The position numbers and the translations under genes are program-made. Under the pieces are notes generated by a model that had not been told where the DNA came from, ran no database searches, and was given only the letters and a program-made list of their open reading frames with translations. Source: Gemmatimonadales bacterium (lineage in GTDB: Bacteria > Gemmatimonadota > Gemmatimonadetes > Gemmatimonadales > GWC2-71-9). Taken from it: a stretch of DNA of 64,000 nucleotides. Of the stretch, positions 58,039 through 64,000 are shown piece after piece; position 1 is the stretch's first letter, and the number at the start of each line of letters is the position of its first letter. Location of the stretch: contig DATBKD010000033.1 of assembly GCA_036556025.1 (NCBI GenBank), positions 11,756 through 75,755 of the forward strand, in the 5' to 3' direction.

Positions 58039-58798
58039 CGACGCAGGTTTGATCGTTTCGGAAGTCCCGGCCGTTGGCCCGATCCCCCGCTTTGAGATTC
58101 CCCACTGGCAGGACTTCGGCGTGGTGGCGGGAATTACCGTCAAGGGCCAGCAGGGCGGCCGAGGATTCGATCTCGGGCTCTGGAGCGATGCGCCGATCGG
58201 TGGGGTCATGGGACACTGGCGGGCGCTTGGTCGAAGCTTTCCTGACTTTTGCGCGGTGGTGGTGGGGCATCAGGTGCATGGCACCGATGTGGCTCGTATC
58301 GATACCGCCGAGGGCTGGGTCCATCGGGAGGGGATCGACGGTTGGGTCTCGGCCGTCCAGGGCATCCTGCTCACGGTCACGGTCGCCGACTGTATCCCCG
58401 TCTACCTCGCGATTCCAGGCAAGGCCATTGCTCTGCTGCACGCCGGATGGCGCGGGACCGCGAACGGCATTCTCGCGGCCGGCCTGACCCGCTTGCTAGG
58501 CGCCGCCGGTGGCACTGCGGCAGATGTTGTAATGCATTGTGGGGTTGGCATTTGTGGTGCGTGCTATGAAGTTGGATCTGAGGTCATGCTGGGCTGCGGT
58601 TTGCCCGCGCCCGGCCCCGGGCCCTGGCACCTGGATCTGCGCCGACACCTTCTCGCTGAGGCGCAGGGGCTGGGCATCAGGCGGGTGACGGTGTCCGGCT
58701 GGTGCTCCGCTCACGATCGGGCCCACTTCTATAGTCACCGAGCGTCCAAGGGGGACGATGGGCGCATGGCAGCCTATCTTGGACTGAGGCCGCTGTGA
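58031..58798 (+). CDS. pgeF: Peptidoglycan editing factor PgeF (YfiH / laccase-domain, DUF152)
   Basis: ORF trimmed to the ATG at 58031 (8-nt overlap with murA). Contains TVADCIPVYL, LLHAGWRGT, CGACYEVG and FYSHRA. Confidence 0.85.
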   Translation: MTDDAGLIVSEVPAVGPIPRFEIPHWQDFGVVAGITVKGQQGGRGFDLGLWSDAPIGGVMGHWRALGRSFPDFCAVVVGHQVHGTDVARIDTAEGWVHREGIDGWVSAVQGILLTVTVADCIPVYLAIPGKAIALLHAGWRGTANGILAAGLTRLLGAAGGTAADVVMHCGVGICGACYEVGSEVMLGCGLPAPGPGPWHLDLRRHLLAEAQGLGIRRVTVSGWCSAHDRAHFYSHRASKGDDGRMAAYLGLRPL

Positions 58799-58834
58799 GG
58801 CGCCAATCGGCTCGCTGGAGTGCAGCGGATGACG

Positions 58835-58863
58835 TTGACTCCGCTCCAATTCGGCAGTAGTAT
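58835..58863 (+). promoter_or_regulatory. Sigma70-type promoter upstream of rimP-nusA-infB
   Basis: TTGACT (58835-58840), a 17-nt spacer, then TAGTAT (58858-58863). Confidence 0.55.
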
Positions 58864-58904
58864 TTCAACGCTGTCTCGGGGGCGCCGGTTCGGGCCAACT
58901 GTCG

Positions 58905-58933
58905 ATGTGGGGGAGTTCCCCCACATTTTTTTT
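58905..58933 (+). terminator. Strong intrinsic terminator in the rimP leader (attenuator or end of a ~65-nt sRNA)
   Basis: ATGTGGGGG-agtt-CCCCCACAT followed by T7. It is about 40 nt downstream of the promoter's -10 and 8 nt upstream of the rimP start. Confidence 0.8.
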
Positions 58934-58941
58934 CCTGCTCC

Positions 58942-59424
58942 GTGATGTTTGTAGACGCGCTCCTCGCTCCCATTCGCGATCATCTGGCTGGTCTCGGCTT
59001 CGAGCTGGTCGATCTTCGGCGAACGGGCACGCTGGATCGCCCCATCCTGCAGGTGCGGGTGGACCGCCCCGACAGCCGACCTGGCCGAGGTGTGACGGCC
59101 GACGACTGCGCGGGCATCAGTCGGTCTCTCGAGCGTTTCCTTGAATCCAGGGCGATGGTTGGGCCGCGGTACGTGCTCGAGGTCTCGTCCCCGGGCCTGG
59201 AGCGGCCCCTGCGGTGGCCGGAGCACTGGCGGCGCTTCGTCGGACAGCGCGCCCGCCTCCGAACGGAATCGCTCCCTGGCCGACCGCAAGTCGAGATCGT
59301 GTCGGTCCCCGATGACGAACACGTTGTCGTGCGGCTGCCCGATGGGGTCGAGATGACTCTGGCGCTGGCGTCGATCCGTGAAGCGCACCTGGTGGTGGAT
59401 TGGGCCTCGGTGCGGATGCGATAA
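58942..59424 (+). CDS. rimP: Ribosome maturation factor RimP
   Basis: LLAPIRDHLAGLGFELVDLRR...LQVRVDRPD...YVLEVSSPGLERPL. The start is the GTG at 58942 or the ATG at 58945. Confidence 0.9.
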   Translation: MMFVDALLAPIRDHLAGLGFELVDLRRTGTLDRPILQVRVDRPDSRPGRGVTADDCAGISRSLERFLESRAMVGPRYVLEVSSPGLERPLRWPEHWRRFVGQRARLRTESLPGRPQVEIVSVPDDEHVVVRLPDGVEMTLALASIREAHLVVDWASVRMR

Positions 59425-59447
59425 AGGACTGAAGAGGAGTGACCCGC

Positions 59448-60770
59448 ATGGCTGGTTCGACCGAAATGTTGGCTGCCTTCCGCGAGCTGACGACGGCAAA
59501 GCAACTGGAACGCTCCGATCTGCTGGAGCTGCTCCGCGACGGTATTCAGGCGGCACTGGTCCGCAAGTTTGGCCCGAATGTCAAGTTCGAGCTGAGCGTG
59601 GACGAGCTGCAGGGCACCATCAAGGTCGTGCGCCTTCGTCAGGTGGTGGAGACCGTCGAAGACCCCAGCTGGCAGATCGCGCTGGAGGAAGCCCAGTACG
59701 AGGACCCCGACTTCCAGGTGGGTGACATGCTGGAGGAGGAGGTGCCCTTCGTGGACTTCGGCCGGCTTGCCGTTCAGGCTGCCAAACAGCGGATCATTCA
59801 ACGGGTGCGGGAGGGCGAGCGGGCTCGCATCCGCGAGGAGTTCAGCTCCAAGGTGGGTGAGCTGCTCTCGGGCGAGGTGCAGCAGATCGAGCGCGGCAAG
59901 CTGGTGATCATGCTGAACAAGTTCCGCGAGGCCGAGGCCATCATCCCCTATCGGGAGCAGAATCACCGGGAGCATTTCCACCAGGGCGACACCATTCGGG
60001 CCGTGCTCAAGCGATTGGAAGAGACGCCCAAAGGCCCCAGGTTGATCCTGTCTCGGGGCGACCCGCTCTTCGTGAAAGCGTTGTTCAAGCTGGAGGTTCC
60101 GGAGATCCAGCAGCAGATCGTCGAGATCCGGGCCATCGCGCGCGAGGTTGGCAGCCGCACCAAGGTCGCGGTGATCTCGAGGGACGATGCGATCGACCCG
60201 GTCGGTGCCTGCGTCGGGCTCAAGGGTTCCCGGGTCCAGGCGGTGGTGAATGAGCTGGGTGGCGAGCGGATCGACATCGTGCCCTGGTCGCCCGATCCGG
60301 AGCGATTTGCCCGGCTGGCGCTGGCCCCGGCACGAGTGGCCAAGGTCTTCTCCGATCCGGAGGCCAAGACCATTCAAGCAGTGGTGGACGAGGACCAGTT
60401 GTCTCTCGCGATCGGCCGCAACGGACAGAACGTCCGGCTGGCCTCGGAGCTGACCGGCTGGAAGATCGACCTCTACTCCAGCCGGGAGTGGTTGGAGCGG
60501 GGCGGCGAGGGACCGCTGTTCGCCCCGCTGCCGCCGGAGGAGGAGATGGCCGGTCAGGTTCCTCTAAGCGAGCTCAAGGGTCTGACCCCGGAGCTCACCG
60601 GCATTCTGGAGAATGCCGGCTATCGGATGCTGAACGACATTCTCGACCTCGAGCGTGAGGACATCAACAAGATCCCGAGCATGACGCCCGAGGCCGCGGA
60701 CCAGCTCATGGCGTTCCTGGCCGAGCTCACCGATGAGGAGGGTGGAGACGAGGCCCGGCCCAGAGCATGA
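59448..60770 (+). CDS. nusA: Transcription termination/antitermination factor NusA
   Basis: The ATG lies 8 nt after GAGGAG. S1 and two KH domains (DPVGACVGLKGSRVQAVVNELGGERIDIV, LAIGRNGQNVRLASELTGWKIDL). Confidence 0.95.
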   Translation: MAGSTEMLAAFRELTTAKQLERSDLLELLRDGIQAALVRKFGPNVKFELSVDELQGTIKVVRLRQVVETVEDPSWQIALEEAQYEDPDFQVGDMLEEEVPFVDFGRLAVQAAKQRIIQRVREGERARIREEFSSKVGELLSGEVQQIERGKLVIMLNKFREAEAIIPYREQNHREHFHQGDTIRAVLKRLEETPKGPRLILSRGDPLFVKALFKLEVPEIQQQIVEIRAIAREVGSRTKVAVISRDDAIDPVGACVGLKGSRVQAVVNELGGERIDIVPWSPDPERFARLALAPARVAKVFSDPEAKTIQAVVDEDQLSLAIGRNGQNVRLASELTGWKIDLYSSREWLERGGEGPLFAPLPPEEEMAGQVPLSELKGLTPELTGILENAGYRMLNDILDLEREDINKIPSMTPEAADQLMAFLAELTDEEGGDEARPRA

Positions 60771-61072
60771 GCCAGGTCCTGGGCCTGCTCGGCCTGGGGT
60801 ATCGTGGGCGTCGGGTGACCGTAGGAGTGGACGCTGTACGGAACGATTTGCAGGCCGGGAAATGTTATTGCGTGGTGCTGGCGGAGGATGCCAGCCCGCG
60901 TGCTGTGGAGAAAGTGGTTCGGTTGGCGACGGCCAAAGCGGTGCCGATCGTCCCCGGTCCACGCGCCGACGCGATAGGCGCACAGCTAGGCAAGCCGCCG
61001 GTGATGGCGGTCGGTGTCCGGGACCGCGCCCTGGCTCGCGGCATCATGTCGCGAGCGCCCGGACGCTCCTGA
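60767..61072 (+). CDS. L7Ae/YlxQ-family RNA-binding protein
   Basis: LGLGYRGRRVTVGVDAVRNDLQAGKCYCVVLAEDASPRAVEKV. ATGA overlap with the nusA stop. It occupies the position of ylxQ in nusA-infB operons. Confidence 0.7.
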   Translation: MSQVLGLLGLGYRGRRVTVGVDAVRNDLQAGKCYCVVLAEDASPRAVEKVVRLATAKAVPIVPGPRADAIGAQLGKPPVMAVGVRDRALARGIMSRAPGRS

Positions 61073-61083
61073 TGGAGGATTGA

Positions 61084-63774
61084 GTGGTCAAGACAAGAGT
61101 GCACGATCTGGCGGCGGAATTCGGGGTCGCACCCGAGCAACTCCTGGGCATGCTCAAGGAGATGAACATCTTCGTGCGCAGCCATATGTCTGCCCTGGAA
61201 AACGATCAGGTCTCAGCGATCCGGGTGCGCTGGGAGCGCGAAAAGCGGAAGAGCGCGGAGGAGCCGGCCGCCAAGAAGGGGCGGCGCAAGGCTGCCAAGG
61301 CGGAGCCCGCGCCGGCGCCGGTCGAGGCAAAGCCGACCAAGCGACGCCGGACGGCCGCCGAAGTAGCCCAGGTCGAGGCCCAGGCGCAGGCGGAGAAGGC
61401 TGCCGAGCTGGCGGCACTCGAGCTGGAGCGCCCGGTGGTCGAGCTGGAGGAGGCCGCGCCGGCGCAATCCCTGGAGGAGCGCGCCCGGGCACTCTTCAAG
61501 GATCTGCCGCCAGCCCCGGTTGAAGCCGAAGAAGACGCCACCGTCACCGAAGAAGCCGCCGGTGCCCGTCCGGCCGAACCGGGTGCGCTCCGCTCGGCGG
61601 CGCCGGTGACCGGCGAGCCCACCCGAGCGCCCTTCATTCCTCCTCGCATCCAGCGTCCCGCGCCCGCGGCTCCGCGCGGGCCCAAGCCGGTCTTCAGCAG
61701 CAGCGCACCGCCGGCGCCGCCTCGGTCAGGGGCGCCCGCCCGGCCGGGGAGCGACCGTGCCACACCGGTCCGCACCTTCGGTCCCGATGCCGAGAAGGGC
61801 GGCGGCCGGAAGAAGGGGAAGAAGGGCAAGCGCTCGATGGTGGATCAGGATGCGGTCCAGGCCAACATCCTCCGGACCCTGCAGGGCATGAAGGGACCAG
61901 CCGGACGAAAAGGGCGCCGGTCCGACGAGCCATCGTTCCGGGACCTCCAGGCCGGACGCCTGGCGGAAGAGCGCGAGAAGGAAAAGACCCGCATTCGGGT
62001 CAATGAGTTCATATCGGTGTCCGAGCTGGCCGCCGCCATGAAAGTTCCTGCCACCCAGATCGTCCAGTTTGCGTTCAAGGAGCTGGGCCTCATGGTGACG
62101 GTGAATCAGCGACTCGACTTCGACCAGATCGAGCTGATCGCGTCGGCCTTCGGATTCGAGGCGGTGCGAGAGGACGAGTACGCCGCCCAGCTGGAATCGG
62201 AAACCGAGGAGGAAGCTCCGGAGTCGCTGGAGCCGAGGCCGCCGGTCGTCACCATTATGGGGCACGTCGACCATGGAAAGACCTCGCTGCTGGACTACAT
62301 TCGCAAGGCAAATGTGGTCGCGGGCGAGGCCGGCGGGATCACCCAGCACATCGGCGCGTACCATGTCACCCTTCCGGGCGATCGGGAGATCACCTTCCTC
62401 GACACCCCGGGCCACCAGGCCTTTACCGCCATGCGGGCCCGGGGAGCGCAGGTGACCGACATCGTGGTGCTGGTGGTCGCAGCCGACGACCAGGTGATGC
62501 CGCAAACCGTCGAGGCGATCAGCCACGCCCGCAACGCCGGGGTGCCGATCATCGTCGCGATCAACAAGATCGATCTTCCGACCGCCAACGTCCCCAAGGT
62601 CAAGCAGGACTTGCTCCAGCAGAACGTGGTGCTGGAAGAGTTCGGCGGCAACGTGCTGTCGGCCGAAATTTCGGCGAAGAAGGGAACCCGGGTGGATACG
62701 CTGCTGGAGCAGATTCTGCTTCAGGCGGAGATCCTTGATCTCAAGGCGAATCCCAAGGGCAAAGGGCACGGAACGGTACTCGAGGCGACGCTCGACCCGG
62801 GCAAGGGTCCTCTGGCCACCATTCTGGTCCAGAAGGGCACACTCCAGGGGGGCGACAACTTCATCTGCGGCAAGTTCTCCGGCCGGGTGCGCGCGCTCTA
62901 CGATGAGCGCGGCCGGACGGTCAAAGAGGCCGGTCCATCGATTCCGGTTCAAGTTCTCGGCTTCGAGGGTGTGCCCGCGGCCGGCGACACCTTCGCCGTG
63001 GTGACCGACGCGGTGGAGGCGCGGGAGATTGCCCAGAAGCGCCAACGGCTGGAGCGCGAAGCCCAGAATCGGCGGAGCGCCCGAGGCGGCACGCTGGAGG
63101 ACTTCAGCCGCGCACTCAAGGAAGGCGAGGTCTCGACCCTCGGCATCATCATCAAGGCCGACCAGGGCGGTCCGGCGGAGGCATTGGCCGACGCCCTGGC
63201 CCAGCTCAGCACCAACGAGGTGCGGGTGGACGTGGTTCATCGGGGGGTGGGCGCGATCACTGAGAGCGATATCCTGCTCGCCAAGGCCTCCAACGCGATC
63301 GTGCTCGGCTTCCACGTGCGGCCGGACAGCAACGCTCGCGGGGCGGCCGAGCGGGAGCAGGTGGACGTCCGCACCTACCGCATCATCTACGAGGCGGTGG
63401 AAGACGTGCGGAGCGCGCTCGAGGGATTGCTCAAGCCGGAGGAGCGGGAGACCGTGCTGGGCGAAGCCGAAGTGCTGCAGCTCTTCAAAGTCAGCAAGGT
63501 CGGCACCATCGCCGGTTGCGCGGTGCGCAGCGGCACGATTCAACGCACCGCGAAGGCACGGGTTATCCGCGATGGGGTGACGGTGTACACCGGCGGCCTC
63601 GCCAGCCTCAAGCGCTTCAAGGACGATGTCCGCGAGGTCCGAGAGGGGCTGGAGTGTGGCATCGGCATCGAAAACTTCAACGACCTCAAGGTGGGCGATC
63701 GGATCGAGTCGTTCCGCATGGAAGAGGTCAAGCGGACGCTAGCCGCCAGCGCGGCTGGCGGGGCTGCTGGGTGA
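61084..63774 (+). CDS. infB: Translation initiation factor IF-2
   Basis: N-terminal [10 protein letters not shown]. An Ala/Pro/Glu-rich linker. GTPase motifs ([23 protein letters not shown]). Confidence 0.97.
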   Translation: MVKTRVHDLAAEFGVAPEQLLGMLKEMNIFVRSHMSALENDQVSAIRVRWEREKRKSAEEPAAKKGRRKAAKAEPAPAPVEAKPTKRRRTAAEVAQVEAQAQAEKAAELAALELERPVVELEEAAPAQSLEERARALFKDLPPAPVEAEEDATVTEEAAGARPAEPGALRSAAPVTGEPTRAPFIPPRIQRPAPAAPRGPKPVFSSSAPPAPPRSGAPARPGSDRATPVRTFGPDAEKGGGRKKGKKGKRSMVDQDAVQANILRTLQGMKGPAGRKGRRSDEPSFRDLQAGRLAEEREKEKTRIRVNEFISVSELAAAMKVPATQIVQFAFKELGLMVTVNQRLDFDQIELIASAFGFEAVREDEYAAQLESETEEEAPESLEPRPPVVTIMGHVDHGKTSLLDYIRKANVVAGEAGGITQHIGAYHVTLPGDREITFLDTPGHQAFTAMRARGAQVTDIVVLVVAADDQVMPQTVEAISHARNAGVPIIVAINKIDLPTANVPKVKQDLLQQNVVLEEFGGNVLSAEISAKKGTRVDTLLEQILLQAEILDLKANPKGKGHGTVLEATLDPGKGPLATILVQKGTLQGGDNFICGKFSGRVRALYDERGRTVKEAGPSIPVQVLGFEGVPAAGDTFAVVTDAVEAREIAQKRQRLEREAQNRRSARGGTLEDFSRALKEGEVSTLGIIIKADQGGPAEALADALAQLSTNEVRVDVVHRGVGAITESDILLAKASNAIVLGFHVRPDSNARGAAEREQVDVRTYRIIYEAVEDVRSALEGLLKPEERETVLGEAEVLQLFKVSKVGTIAGCAVRSGTIQRTAKARVIRDGVTVYTGGLASLKRFKDDVREVREGLECGIGIENFNDLKVGDRIESFRMEEVKRTLAASAAGGAAG

Positions 63775-63851
63775 GGAGGTCGCGGGCTACGGGTCGCGAG
63801 TCATGGCCAGCGACGGCCAGGGACGCGTGACCCGGATCCGCGACTGCTTGT

Positions 63852-64000
63852 ATGTCTCTCATTCTTGCGCTTCAGACCTGGGACCTCCATCTCCCCGGCT
63901 GCCACTCCCTAAAGGAAAAGCGAGGAGTGCTCAAGCCGCTCACCCTGGGGCTTCGCCGGAGCCTCAACGTTTCCATCGCCGAGACCGATCACCAGGACCT
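63852..64000 (+). CDS. DUF503 (YlxP-like) protein, 5' part (runs off the window end)
   Basis: Hand translation gives MSLILALQTWDLHLPGCHSLKEKRGVLKPLTLGLRRSLNVSIAETDHQD, the typical DUF503 N-terminus found between infB and rbfA. Confidence 0.65.
   Translation, partial: MSLILALQTWDLHLPGCHSLKEKRGVLKPLTLGLRRSLNVSIAETDHQD

Noticed and set aside
58799-58941. Search for a metY-like initiator tRNA upstream of rimP, as in E. coli
   Set aside because: I could find no cloverleaf-compatible sequence and no GGTTCGAATCC-type T-arm. The region is better explained as a promoter plus terminator.
61726-63543. 605-aa minus-strand ORF inside infB. Similar long antisense ORFs occur at 58980-60377 (nusA), 48826-50124 (uvrD), 45901-47316 (serS), 43798-45177 (manC/Robl), 28612-30480 (CHAT), 10650-12323 (carboxyltransferase) and 7217-8593 (mutase).
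   Set aside because: Each lies opposite a gene with strong family motifs and has biased, motif-free composition. I treated them as GC-driven shadow ORFs.

Overview
The window is GC-rich by eye (not computed) and densely coding, and looks like bacterial chromosome from a diderm organism: it has beta-barrel OMPs, lipoproteins, sigma54 and CIRCE. I cannot assign a lineage from sequence alone. I saw no rRNA, tRNA, CRISPR array, transposase, integrase or phage gene.

Gene content, left to right:
- A translationally coupled membrane protein / histidine kinase / sigma54-activator operon, followed by a good -24/-12 promoter and an upstream palindrome.
- A SulP permease.
- A meaB / split B12 acyl-CoA mutase / MccB-like carboxyltransferase / AtuA / enoyl-CoA hydratase / ACAD cluster. 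It is interrupted by an eRF1-like (baeRF) gene and a TPPII-like S8 lipoprotein peptidase.
- recQ, RNase G and CIRCE-groES-groEL.
- An accessory-looking envelope island (27.3-41.9 kb). It holds two tandem TPR-CHAT (caspase-like) proteins with C-terminal anchors, divergent from an ECF sigma / ZAS anti-sigma pair. Next come two low-complexity OmpA-like proteins and a cassette bracketed by two paralogous 205-aa beta-barrel OMPs.
- A Roadblock/LC7-led sugar-nucleotide operon.
- serS, a kinase, uvrD/pcrA and gatCAB.
- M23 peptidase, cupin, PLC-like protein and a DUF948 protein.
- murA-pgeF, then rimP-nusA-L7Ae-infB-DUF503, preceded by a promoter plus intrinsic-terminator leader.

The best candidate for an undescribed system is the ECF-linked twin extracytoplasmic TPR-CHAT module with its neighbouring envelope cassette. 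The second candidate is the eRF1-like gene with a retained GxQ-type loop, sitting inside the B12-mutase operon.

All functional calls rest on motif recognition from the translated ORFs. No database search was run.
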